Assembly (NCBI GenBank): GCA_002436105.1
Contig: DIXU01000003.1
Location: 107,773-171,772, forward strand
Direction: 5' to 3'
Length of the DNA stretch: 64,000 nucleotides
From: Candidatus Aminicenantes bacterium UBA6072
Lineage (GTDB): Bacteria; Acidobacteriota; Aminicenantia; UBA2199
The position numbers and the translations under genes were made by a program. This document shows, in pieces, positions 10,553 to 19,536 of the stretch. Each line of letters begins with the position of its first letter. Positions within the stretch are counted from its first letter, which is position 1. The notes under the pieces were generated by a model. The model worked only from the letters and a program-made list of their open reading frames with translations, was not told where the DNA came from and ran no database searches.

Positions 10553-10912
10553 TCATGATGGCAGGATCAGCAAACGCTGCCAGGACCTTGATCTTGGCGA
10601 TCGCCCTTCCCCGCGATCGTACTCCGCCCAGGCCTGCTTGTTCAAAAATGGGACACCCGGGACGGGCAAACGGTGAAAAATCCCCTCAGGAATGCTTTTT
10701 TGTTCAAGGGCCCAATTGTCTCATTTCTGGACACCGGGAGCTGAAAATCTTGAGAATGCCTATATCATGACTAATTTGAGGTTTTCCCTTGTTTCAAATT
10801 GAATCATTTGGCTTTATTTCAGGCGCTGTCGGGTGAACGGCGATCCGGGAGCAAACCGGGTCGACGCGGGCATGGACGACGCGGCCAGGCCATTCCCGCC
10901 GCGGGTCACCGC

Positions 10913-12352
10913 TCACTTCAGCAGCTTGACCAGTTTCCCCGCCTCGGGAACGGCATCGAGAGCGATCGAATTGAACACGGACAGCTGCTTCCAGTGCGAG
11001 CGGTCCACTCCCGATCGGGTCAGCAGTGCCTGCAGGGTCTGGCGGCCGTCCGGACGGACCAGGGTCAGGCGTTCGGGGCCGCGGCTCAAGATCTTTGGAT
11101 CGCTCAGGTTCTGGAATGAGTCGATGGAGCGGTTCAGGATGGGATGGTAGGTGTTGGCCGTGCTGTTGGCGCTGATGCCGATGAACGAATAGACCAACGC
11201 CCCCTTGCGAATGCATGAGAGACGGACGGCCAGCGGTTCGCTTTGCTCCTGGGGCACCTGGAACCAGGCATGGCGCGCCTGGAAGGGGCCGATCGCGTCG
11301 CCGGCCGTTTTCAGCAGCTTGGCCTGGCCAAGGCCCTGGGCCTTGGCCTGCAGGTACGGGGCGAGGTCCTGGCTCGTTGTCTCGGCCTGCAGCAGCAGGG
11401 CTGCCCGACCCTCCTTCTCGCCGATCATGACCTGCATGGGTGTGTTCTGCACGACCCAGTTGGCAGGGATCGAAAAACGGAACGCCATTTCCGGATGGTA
11501 AAAGACGCCGTTCTCGACGAAGCCCTGGCGCGGATTGTCGCCGTAGATCAGGCCGTCCAGGCGACGCAAATAATCCTCCTTCTTGATGGCCAGGCCGGCG
11601 TCCTGGCTCGAGAGCTGCTCCTTGACCTTGGCGATGCGGTCCGAGGTCATGGGGTGGGTGGAGAGGAAGGTGGGGATATTGTGGCTGCTCGATTCGGCGC
11701 TCATGTTTTCCAGGGCGCTGAAGAAGCGCAGCATCTCGCCCGGAGCGTATTGCGCCTGGCGGGCATAGCGTATGCCCAGGGAATCGGCCTGGTACTCGTC
11801 GCTGCGGCTGAACTTGAGGAAAAGCAGCTGCGTGCCGATACTGGCCAATCCGGCGAACTTGCGGATATCCTTGCTGACGACGCTGCCGACGACCAGGCCG
11901 ATCTGGGCCAGCATCTGGCCGCTCATCTGGGCCATCGAGTGGCGGGCGGCGACATGGCCCATCTCGTGGCCCAGCACCGCGGCCAGCTCGGCCTCGCTGT
12001 TCATCAGCGCCAGGATGCCGCGCGTCACGTAGATGTACCCGCCGGGTGCGGCAAAGGCATTGACCATCGGCGTGTCGAGGACGGCGAAATAGTGCTTCAA
12101 TTTCGGCCGGTGCGAATTCGGCACCATGCTCTGCCCGACGCGGTTGACGTATTCGTTGAGCGCCTTGTCCTCGTAAATTCCATACTGCTGGCGGATCGCC
12201 TGGTCGGTCTCCTGGCCCATGGCGATCTCCTGCTGTTCGGAGAAGAACATCAGCTCCTTCTTGCCGCTGACCGGATTGACGGCGCAGGCAATGGCCAGCA
12301 GGACCGCAACCAGAATTACGATGATCCATTGTTTGTGAAAAAATCGCTTCAT
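10913..12352 (-). CDS. M48 family zinc metallopeptidase, secreted
   Basis: 479 aa. Signal peptide, NAFAAPGGYIYVTRG, HEMGHVAARH zinc motif. Confidence 0.85.
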   Translation of the reverse strand: MKRFFHKQWIIVILVAVLLAIACAVNPVSGKKELMFFSEQQEIAMGQETDQAIRQQYGIYEDKALNEYVNRVGQSMVPNSHRPKLKHYFAVLDTPMVNAFAAPGGYIYVTRGILALMNSEAELAAVLGHEMGHVAARHSMAQMSGQMLAQIGLVVGSVVSKDIRKFAGLASIGTQLLFLKFSRSDEYQADSLGIRYARQAQYAPGEMLRFFSALENMSAESSSHNIPTFLSTHPMTSDRIAKVKEQLSSQDAGLAIKKEDYLRRLDGLIYGDNPRQGFVENGVFYHPEMAFRFSIPANWVVQNTPMQVMIGEKEGRAALLLQAETTSQDLAPYLQAKAQGLGQAKLLKTAGDAIGPFQARHAWFQVPQEQSEPLAVRLSCIRKGALVYSFIGISANSTANTYHPILNRSIDSFQNLSDPKILSRGPERLTLVRPDGRQTLQALLTRSGVDRSHWKQLSVFNSIALDAVPEAGKLVKLLK

Positions 12353-12442
12353 GGTGCATTTCCTCCTCGACCGGATTCCCTGTTTTTATTCATAGCACAA
12401 ACAATTTTTCAATTCAATTCCCCCGGGCGGGACCCGAGGACA

Positions 12443-12471
12443 TTGCAGCGCCGGCAACGCCGGGCTATAAT
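12443..12471 (+). promoter_or_regulatory. Sigma70-type promoter upstream of ggt
   Basis: TTGCAG (12443-12448), N17, TATAAT (12466-12471). Confidence 0.5.
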
Positions 12472-12493
12472 CCGGCCATGAACTGGAGGCATA

Positions 12494-14188
12494 ATGAAAC
12501 GTTCCCTGATTTTCCTGCTGGGCGTGTCCTTTCTGCCGTCGTTCGCGGGTGACCGCTTGACCGGGCGGCTGGCCGCGACCCGCTCCGAGGTCATCGGCCG
12601 CAACGGCATGGTTGCGGCCAGCCAGCCGCTGGCCGCTCAGGTCGGCATCGACATCCTGAAGAAGGGGGGCAGCGCCGTCGACGCCGCCATCGCCGTCAAC
12701 GCCGCCCTGGGGCTGATGGAACCTTCGGGGTCGGGCATCGGCGGCGACCTGTTCGCCATCGTCTGGGACAACCGCGAGGGCAAGCTGTTCGGGCTGAACG
12801 CCAGCGGCCCGGCACCGGCGGAGCTCCCGCTCGCCTATTTCCGTGAGAAAGGGATCACGCTCATGCCGGAAAAAGGCCCTCTGCCCTGGACAGTCCCGGG
12901 CTGCGTTGCCGGCTGGTTCGCCTTGCACGAGCGATTCGGCCGCCTGGGCATGGGCGACGTCCTGGCTCCGGCTATCGCTTACGCCGAGCAGGGATTCCCG
13001 CTTTCCGAGCTGATCGCCTTCTACTGGCAGCGTTCGCTGCAGGCCTTTGCCGGGTACGAGAATTTCCAGAGGCTGTACGCCCCGGGGGGGCGGGCACCGG
13101 CCAAGGGGGACGTCTTCCGCAACCCCGAGCTGGCCGCCACCTATCGCATCCTGGCCCGCAAGGGGTGCGATGCATTCTACCGCGGCGAGCTGGCAGAGAA
13201 GATCGTCGCCTACTCCGGAAAGGTCGGCGGCTATTTTTCGCTTCAGGATTTCGCCGCCTTCGAACCCGAATGGGTGGAGCCGATGAGCGTCGATTACCGC
13301 GGTTATGACGTCTGGGAACTGCCGCCCAACGGCCAGGGATTGGCCGTCCTGCAAATGCTGCGCCTGCTCGGCCATTTCGACCTCAAGGCCATGGGCCACA
13401 ACTCAGCCGCCTACCTGCACGCGCTGGTCGAGGCCAAGAAGATCGCCTACGAAGACCGCGCCCGCTTCTACGCCGATCCGCGCTTCGCCGCCCGCGATTA
13501 TGCCGCCCTTATCTCCCCGGCCTACGCCAGGAAGCGTCTGGAGCTGTTCGACCGCGAGCGCGCCAGCCGTTCCCTGCCGCCCGGCGACCCGCGCCTGGCC
13601 CAGGGCGACACGGTCTACCTGACCGTCGTCGACAAGGATTTCAACGCCGTGTCGCTGATCCAGAGCAATTACGTCGGCTTCGGCTCGGGCATGGTGCCCG
13701 ACGGCCTCGGCTTCTGCCTGCAGGACCGCGGCGCGCTGTTCAATGTCCAGGATCCCGGCCACGCCAACGCGTTCGCCCCGGGGAAACGGCCGTTCCACAC
13801 CATCATTCCCGGCTTCGTCACCCGCGCCGGCAGGCCGGTCTTTTCCTTCGGCGTCATGGGCGGCGACATGCAGCCGCAGGGGCACGTCCAGGTCCTGTGC
13901 AATATCATCGACTTCGCCATGAACCTGCAGGAGGCGGGCGACGCGCCGCGCTTCCGCCATGCCGGTTCCTCGGAACCCGACGGCACGGTGATGAGCGACG
14001 GGGGCACGCTGTTCCTCGAGAGCGGCGTCGATGCCGAGGTCGTCCGCGACCTGATCCGGCGCGGGCACCGGGTAAGCCGCAGCGCTTCCGAGTTCGGGGG
14101 CTACCAGGGCATCTGGATCGACTGGGAGCGAAAGATCCTGATCGGAGCCAGCGAGTCCAGGAAGGACGGCTGCGCCATCGGCTACTGA
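12494..14188 (+). CDS. ggt: Gamma-glutamyltransferase
   Basis: 564 aa. Signal peptide, GGSAVDAAIA, GIGGDLFA, autoprocessing/nucleophile region QGDTVYLTVVDKDFNAVSLIQSN, and GGDMQPQ. SD GGAGG 4 nt upstream. Confidence 0.93.
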   Translation: MKRSLIFLLGVSFLPSFAGDRLTGRLAATRSEVIGRNGMVAASQPLAAQVGIDILKKGGSAVDAAIAVNAALGLMEPSGSGIGGDLFAIVWDNREGKLFGLNASGPAPAELPLAYFREKGITLMPEKGPLPWTVPGCVAGWFALHERFGRLGMGDVLAPAIAYAEQGFPLSELIAFYWQRSLQAFAGYENFQRLYAPGGRAPAKGDVFRNPELAATYRILARKGCDAFYRGELAEKIVAYSGKVGGYFSLQDFAAFEPEWVEPMSVDYRGYDVWELPPNGQGLAVLQMLRLLGHFDLKAMGHNSAAYLHALVEAKKIAYEDRARFYADPRFAARDYAALISPAYARKRLELFDRERASRSLPPGDPRLAQGDTVYLTVVDKDFNAVSLIQSNYVGFGSGMVPDGLGFCLQDRGALFNVQDPGHANAFAPGKRPFHTIIPGFVTRAGRPVFSFGVMGGDMQPQGHVQVLCNIIDFAMNLQEAGDAPRFRHAGSSEPDGTVMSDGGTLFLESGVDAEVVRDLIRRGHRVSRSASEFGGYQGIWIDWERKILIGASESRKDGCAIGY

Positions 14189-14194
14189 GAACAA

Positions 14195-14402
14195 GTTCGA
14201 AGTTCGGGGTTCGATGTTCGATGTTTTTAAGAGAGGGCAAAAGAACAAAACAGAGCCAATTCCACGGATTGGACAATCCCTGATTTCTTCTTCCCTCAAA
14301 GTCGAGCTTCGAACGACGAACCTATGGCGTCGTACTCCTCATGGCTCTCGTTTTTTTGCCTTCTTTCTTCAACGTCGAACCTCGAACGTCGAACGTCGAA
14401 CC
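14195..14402. repeat. Inverted tandem-heptamer element A (composite)
   Basis: Left array GTTCGAA GTTCGGG GTTCGAT GTTCGAT (14195-14222). Inner partner GTCGAGC TTCGAAC GACGAAC (14301-14321). Outer array CGTCGAA CCTCGAA CGTCGAA CGTCGAA (14373-14400), the exact reverse-complement unit. Inner purine/pyrimidine inverted core and a CCAAT...ATTGG mini-hairpin. Confidence 0.7.
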
Positions 14403-14415
14403 TGTAGATATTTCA

Positions 14416-14444
14416 TTGACATATATGACCTTATTTGTTAAGAT
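14416..14444 (+). promoter_or_regulatory. Sigma70-type promoter for metK
   Basis: TTGACA (14416-14421), N17, TAAGAT (14439-14444). Leader is about 35 nt with SD GGAGG. Confidence 0.55.
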
Positions 14445-14483
14445 TGAAATTCTCCCAACGCAACGATCTTCCTGGAGGTGAAA

Positions 14484-15641
14484 ATGATCAAGGGGAAATA
14501 TCTGTTCACGTCGGAATCGGTGTGCGCCGGTCACCCGGACAAGGTTTGCGACCAGATCTCCGACAGCATTCTTGACGCCTGCCTGGAGCAGGACCCGGAC
14601 GCGCGCGTCGCCATCGAGGCGGTGACCAAGACCGGCATGGTGCTGGTCGCCGGCGAACTGACCACCAAGGCCTACGTCAACATCCCGACCATCGTTCGCC
14701 AGACCCTCAGGGAGATCGGCTACACCAAATCGCGTTACGGCATCGAGTACGAGACCTGCGCCGTGCTGGTGCACATCGAGGAGCAGTCTCCCGACATCGC
14801 CCAGGGAGTGGACGCGGCCCGGGGCCACGAGCAGGGCGCCGGCGACCAGGGCATGATGTTCGGCTACGCCACCAGCGAGACCCCCAGCTACATGCCGCTG
14901 CCCATCGCCATGGCCCACAAGCTGACGGCGCGCCTGGCCCAGGTGCGCAAGAACAAGACGATCCCCTACCTCGGTCCCGACGGCAAGGCGCAGGTGACCG
15001 TGGAATACGAGAACGGCCGGCCGCGCCGCATCACGGCGGTGGTCGTATCCAATCAGCACGACGACAAGATCCGTCATGCGCGCATCGAGAGGGATATCAT
15101 CCGCCATGTGGTCAAGCCCGTGTGCAGCAAGTGGCTGACCCCCGAAACCAAGTTTTACATCAACCCCACCGGCAAATTCGTCGCCGGCGGCCCCTACGCC
15201 GACGCCGGGCTGACCGGACGCAAGATCATCGTCGACACCTACGGCGGCATGGGCCGGCACGGCGGCGGCGCTTTCTCCGGCAAGGATCCCAGCAAGGTCG
15301 ACCGCTCCGGCGCCTACGTGGCGCGCTACATCGCCAAGAACGTCGTGGCCGCCGGGTTGGCGAGAAAATGCGAGGTGCAACTGGCTTACGCCATCGGCGT
15401 CGCCGAACCGGTTTCGATCAACGTCAACCTGTTCGGGACCGGCACGCTGAGCGAAGAGAGGATCACGGCCATGATCCGCAAGGTATTCCCGCTGAAGCCG
15501 GGCGACATCCTCCGCGAACTCAAGCTCAAGCGGCCGATCTACAAGCAGACGGCTTCCAACGGCCATTTCGGCCGCAGCGAGTTCCCCTGGGAGAGGCTGG
15601 ACAAGGTGAAAGAGCTCAAGGCCTTGGCCAAGAGCAAATAA
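14484..15641 (+). CDS. metK: S-adenosylmethionine synthase
   Basis: [51 protein letters not shown] 14484 is preferred over the track's GTG 14478 because GGAGG sits 5 nt upstream. Confidence 0.95.
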   Translation: MIKGKYLFTSESVCAGHPDKVCDQISDSILDACLEQDPDARVAIEAVTKTGMVLVAGELTTKAYVNIPTIVRQTLREIGYTKSRYGIEYETCAVLVHIEEQSPDIAQGVDAARGHEQGAGDQGMMFGYATSETPSYMPLPIAMAHKLTARLAQVRKNKTIPYLGPDGKAQVTVEYENGRPRRITAVVVSNQHDDKIRHARIERDIIRHVVKPVCSKWLTPETKFYINPTGKFVAGGPYADAGLTGRKIIVDTYGGMGRHGGGAFSGKDPSKVDRSGAYVARYIAKNVVAAGLARKCEVQLAYAIGVAEPVSINVNLFGTGTLSEERITAMIRKVFPLKPGDILRELKLKRPIYKQTASNGHFGRSEFPWERLDKVKELKALAKSK

Positions 15642-15785
15642 CCAGACGTTAGACGTTAGATTTCAGACGTCAGCAAGACAAAGAAAGGCATTGGATGATA
15701 AACAGAGAACGGTTGCAAGAAAATGATGGATGTGTTTTTCCCCCTTCTTGCTAACGTCTAACGTCTGGCATCTGATGTCTGAGAT
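15642..15785. repeat. Inverted tandem-heptamer element B
   Basis: AGACGTT-type heptamers (15642-15677) and GTCTAAC-type heptamers (15747-15785). CCAGACGTTAGACGTTAG (15642-15659) is a perfect inverted repeat of CTAACGTCTAACGTCTGG (15751-15768). Core is AAGACAAAGAAAGG ... CCCCCTTCTTG. It starts right after the metK stop. Confidence 0.8.
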
Positions 15786-15816
15786 TTTTCATGATGAATT
15801 TTTTTAGGAGGACACA

Positions 15817-17241
15817 ATGAAAACCACCGACAAGGATCGCACGCTTCCCCATAAGATCGCCGACATCTCCCTGGCCGACTGGGGACGCAGGGAGATGGAC
15901 CTGGCCCGGGCCGAAATGCCCGGGCTGATGGCCATGCGCAAGAAATACGGCCCGCTCAAGCCCCTGCAGGGGTTGCGCGTGACCGGCAGCCTGCATATGA
16001 CCATTCAGACGGCCATGCTCATCGAGACCCTGGTCGAACTGGGCGCCGATGTGCGCTGGGCCTCCTGCAACATCTTTTCCACGCAAGACCATGCCGCCGC
16101 GGCCATCGCCCAGGCAGGCACCGCGGCCGTCTTCGCCTGGAAGGGCGAAACGCTGGAGGAATACTGGTGGTGCACCGAGCAGGCCCTGACCTGGCCCGAC
16201 GGTTCCGGCCCCGATCTGATCGTCGACGACGGCGGCGACGCCACGCTCCTGGTCCATCTGGGCGTGAAGGCCGAGGCCGACCCCTCCCTGCTGCAGAAGG
16301 AACCGGAGAACAAGGAACTGGGCGTCATCCAGCAAAGGTTGCGCGAATCGCTTGCGCGCGACCCGCAGCACTGGAGCCGCATCAGCAACCGCATTCGCGG
16401 CGTTTCCGAGGAAACGACCACCGGCGTGCATCGCCTCTATCAGATGCAGGCCGAAGGCAGCCTGCTCTTCCCGGCCATCAACGTCAACGACTCGGTGACC
16501 AAATCCAAGTTCGACAACCTCTACGGCTGTCGCGAATCCCTGGCCGACGGCATCAAGCGCGCCACCGACATCATGATTGCGGGGAAGAAAGTGGTCGTCT
16601 GCGGCTATGGCGACGTCGGCAAGGGTTGCGCCCAGTCGATGCGCGGTTTCGGCGCCCGGGTGATCGTCACCGAGATCGACCCCATCTGCGCCCTGCAGGC
16701 GGCCATGGAGGGGTATGAATTGTCCACCATGGACGCCATGGCCCCCGTCGGCGACATCTTCGTCTCCGCCACCGGCAATTGCGACGTCATCACCGGCGCC
16801 CACATGGAGAGGATGAAGGACGAGGCCATCGTCTGCAACATCGGCCACTTCGACAGCGAGATCGACATGCACTACCTGGAGAACACCCCCGGCTGCGCCA
16901 AGACGGTCATCAAGCCCCAGGTGGACAAGTGGACGCTGAGATCGGGGCGCTCGATCATCGTCCTGGCCGAGGGGCGACTGGTCAACCTGGGCTGCGCCAC
17001 CGGCCATCCCAGCTTCGTCATGAGCTGCAGCTTCACCAACCAGTGCCTGGCCCAGGTCAAGCTGGCCAAGGGCGGGCTCGAGAAGAAGGTCTACACCCTT
17101 CCCAAGCAACTGGACGAGGAAGTGGCCCGCCTGCATCTGGACTCCCTGGGCGTGACCCTGACCCGACTGACCCCCAAGCAGGCCGCCTACTTGAATATCC
17201 CCGCCGAGGGCCCGTTCAAGCCCGACCACTACCGCTATTGA
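15817..17241 (+). CDS. ahcY: Adenosylhomocysteinase
   Basis: 474 aa. [23 protein letters not shown]-type N-terminus, [13 protein letters not shown] site, [19 protein letters not shown] upstream. Confidence 0.95.
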   Translation: MKTTDKDRTLPHKIADISLADWGRREMDLARAEMPGLMAMRKKYGPLKPLQGLRVTGSLHMTIQTAMLIETLVELGADVRWASCNIFSTQDHAAAAIAQAGTAAVFAWKGETLEEYWWCTEQALTWPDGSGPDLIVDDGGDATLLVHLGVKAEADPSLLQKEPENKELGVIQQRLRESLARDPQHWSRISNRIRGVSEETTTGVHRLYQMQAEGSLLFPAINVNDSVTKSKFDNLYGCRESLADGIKRATDIMIAGKKVVVCGYGDVGKGCAQSMRGFGARVIVTEIDPICALQAAMEGYELSTMDAMAPVGDIFVSATGNCDVITGAHMERMKDEAIVCNIGHFDSEIDMHYLENTPGCAKTVIKPQVDKWTLRSGRSIIVLAEGRLVNLGCATGHPSFVMSCSFTNQCLAQVKLAKGGLEKKVYTLPKQLDEEVARLHLDSLGVTLTRLTPKQAAYLNIPAEGPFKPDHYRY

Positions 17242-17258
17242 TCCCGGCAGGAGATGCC

Positions 17259-17287
17259 TTTACTATTTTGTTTTAGTTTGCTATCGT
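17259..17287 (+). promoter_or_regulatory. Candidate promoter giving a leaderless REC-HD-GYP mRNA
   Basis: TTTACT (17259-17264), N17, TGcTATCGT (-10 at 17282-17287), then 7 nt to ATG 17295. Confidence 0.4.
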
Positions 17288-17294
17288 GGGTCCA

Positions 17295-18377
17295 ATGAGA
17301 AAGGGCAAGATCCTCATCACCGACGACGAGAAGGATATCCGCGAGCTGCTTCGCGATTTCCTGGAGAGCGAGGGGTTCGAGTGCCAGCTGGCGGCCAACG
17401 CGTTCGAGGCCCTGGAAAAATTCAAGGCGGACGGTGATATCGACCTGCTGATGTCGGACATCCGCATGCCCGGCAAGACCGGCTTGGACCTCCTGGATGA
17501 GATCAAGGCCCTGAACGAGGACGTGATGGTCGTGATGATCTCGGCCGTCAAGGATATCGAGTCGGCCATTGCCGCCATGTCCAAGGGGGCTTACGACTAT
17601 GTCTCCAAGCCCTTCAAGCTCAACGAGGTCGCGTTTGTGGCCAATAAGGCCCTGGAAAAGCGCCGGCTGGTCATGGAGAACAAGGAATACCAGAAGCAGC
17701 TGGAAAAGATGGTCGAGGAAAGGACCAGCGAGCTGAAGCAGGCGCTGATCGAGCTGGACAAGACCTATAGTTTCACCCTGCGCGCCATGGTCACCGCCCT
17801 CGATACCCGCGACACCGAGACCCAGGGCCATTCCCTGCGCGTGGTGCGCTTCACGCTCAAGCTGGCCGAACTGGCGGGCATTGCCGACAAGAACACCCTG
17901 AAGATCTACGAGTACGGCGCGCTGCTGCACGATATCGGCAAGATCGGCATTCCCGACGCCATCCTGCGCAAGCCGGACAAACTGTCCGCCGATGAATGGG
18001 AGACCATGAAGGAGCATCCGACCATCGGCTACAACATCCTGAAGCGGATCAAGTTCCTCGAAGATGCCGCCCAGATGGTCCTGCACCACCACGAGGCCTA
18101 TGACGGCAGCGGCTACCCCGAGGGGCTGAGCGGCGAGAACATCCCCCTGGGGGCGCGCATCTTCCACGTCGCCGACGCCATCGACGCCATGACCTCCGAC
18201 CGCCCCTACAAAAGGGCGATGGCCTTCGATGCCGCGGCGGCCGAGCTGCTGAATTATTCGGGCCGGCAGTTCGACCCGGAGATCATCGCCATCTTCGCCA
18301 AGACCAGCCTGGACTTCTGGATCGCGGAAAAGGCGAGCATCGAGGACAGTATCCGCCGCGACCGTGAAGGCTTATGA
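17295..18377 (+). CDS. Response regulator with HD-GYP domain (c-di-GMP phosphodiesterase family)
   Basis: REC (ILITDDEKDIREL, DLLMSDIRMPGKTG), then HD-GYP (LLHDIGKIGIPD, HHEAYDGSGYPEGL). Confidence 0.88.
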   Translation: MRKGKILITDDEKDIRELLRDFLESEGFECQLAANAFEALEKFKADGDIDLLMSDIRMPGKTGLDLLDEIKALNEDVMVVMISAVKDIESAIAAMSKGAYDYVSKPFKLNEVAFVANKALEKRRLVMENKEYQKQLEKMVEERTSELKQALIELDKTYSFTLRAMVTALDTRDTETQGHSLRVVRFTLKLAELAGIADKNTLKIYEYGALLHDIGKIGIPDAILRKPDKLSADEWETMKEHPTIGYNILKRIKFLEDAAQMVLHHHEAYDGSGYPEGLSGENIPLGARIFHVADAIDAMTSDRPYKRAMAFDAAAAELLNYSGRQFDPEIIAIFAKTSLDFWIAEKASIEDSIRRDREGL

Positions 18378-18833
18378 TCCCGGCGCAGCGCCGCGAAAGT
18401 CGAATTCATAGACCCGGGCGTCCTCGCTAGGCCGGCAATAATAGTCTTTCCGCCTGCCGACCAGGCGGAAGTGATGCTTTTCGTACAGGCGGATGGCTGC
18501 GGCATTGGACTCGCGCACCTCCAGCACGGCGCGCTCGCAACCCCAGGAACGTCCCATATCCAGGAAATGCTTCAACAGGCTCTCGCCCATGCCGCGCCGC
18601 TGCCGGTCGCGGCGTACGGCGATCTTGTGCAGCTCCAGTTCACCGCCCAGCCGCCAGAACAGAAGATAGGCCGCGATCTCCCCTGCCGGAGCGGCCGCAG
18701 CGACATGGAAATGAGCCAGGCGGTTGCCCAGCTCGGCAGCGAAATACTCCCGGTTCCAGGGGTTGGAGAACTGCTGGCGCTCGATGATTTCCACGGCGTC
18801 GAGGTCGGCGGATTGCGCCGGCCTAATCCACAT
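18372..18833 (-). CDS. rimI: Ribosomal-protein-alanine N-acetyltransferase (GNAT)
   Basis: MWIRPAQSADLDAVEIIERQQFSNPW..., and the acetyl-CoA motif RRDRQRRGMGESLL. Downstream of tsaB. Internal Met chosen because the longer ORF overlaps tsaB. Confidence 0.8.
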   Translation of the reverse strand: MWIRPAQSADLDAVEIIERQQFSNPWNREYFAAELGNRLAHFHVAAAAPAGEIAAYLLFWRLGGELELHKIAVRRDRQRRGMGESLLKHFLDMGRSWGCERAVLEVRESNAAAIRLYEKHHFRLVGRRKDYYCRPSEDARVYEFDFRGAAPGS

Positions 18834-19536
18834 CGCTGGAAATGGGCGAACGGCGGGTTTCGGCATCGGGGCGGCGGATATAGAAGGGGTGGAGATCCTG
18901 GGGATCGGTCGTGAACTGCCCGCGCTGAAAACCGGCAAGGGCGATGCGGCCGATTTCGCTGGCCAGGAAATTGGAGCGGACCAAAAGGCGGAATCCGGGG
19001 AAATCGCGGCGCAGCCGGTCGCTGTGGTTCTCGGCGCCGCTGCCGATGAAGACCTTGTCCGGAAGCTCCCCCAGCACCAGCGCAGCCTCCTCCACCTTCA
19101 GCAGGCAAGGGCGGAGCCGTTCGACCATCCGCCCGCCCTCCGGCTGCGCATCGAAGGCATAGGCAGCGGCATAGATCTCGCCCTTGCGGGCGTCGATCAT
19201 GGGCACGATGGTGTGCCGGGTATCGGCGAGCTTGCAGGCCAGCGCCTCCAGGGTGTTCACCCCGACCACCGGCTTGCCGGCGGCCAGAATCAGCCCCTTC
19301 AGCGTCGCCAGCCCCACGCGGATCCCCGTGAAAAGCCCCGGGCCCACGGCGGCGGCGTACAGGTCGATCTGGGACAGCTTCAAGCCCAGGGAGCGCAGCA
19401 GGAACTCCAGGCTGGGGCTCAGCATGGCCGACAGGTCGTCACGCGACGAGAAATTGTATTCCAGGACGATCTCGCCGTCCCGCAGCAGGGCGATGGAGGC
19501 GTCGCGCGAGGAAGTGTCAAAGGCCAGCAGGATCAC
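18823..19536 (-). CDS. tsaB: tRNA threonylcarbamoyladenosine biosynthesis protein TsaB
   Basis: MILLAFDTSSRDASIALL start and GPGLFTGIRVGLATLKGL motif. Confidence 0.88.
   Translation of the reverse strand: MILLAFDTSSRDASIALLRDGEIVLEYNFSSRDDLSAMLSPSLEFLLRSLGLKLSQIDLYAAAVGPGLFTGIRVGLATLKGLILAAGKPVVGVNTLEALACKLADTRHTIVPMIDARKGEIYAAAYAFDAQPEGGRMVERLRPCLLKVEEAALVLGELPDKVFIGSGAENHSDRLRRDFPGFRLLVRSNFLASEIGRIALAGFQRGQFTTDPQDLHPFYIRRPDAETRRSPISSDVD

Noticed and set aside
10596-10619. GGCGATCGCC and GCGATCG motifs (HIP1-like palindromes) in the sigma54 upstream region.
   Set aside because: There are only two short occurrences, which is too little to call a repeat family or a binding site. They are mentioned under the UAS finding only as context.
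14403-14483. SAM riboswitch upstream of metK, and SAH riboswitch upstream of ahcY (15642-15816).
   Set aside because: The metK leader after the predicted -10 is about 35 nt, far too short for a SAM-I, SAM-II or SAM-IV aptamer. The metK-ahcY spacer is fully accounted for by heptamer element B and shows no SAH-riboswitch pseudoknot consensus that I can recognise.
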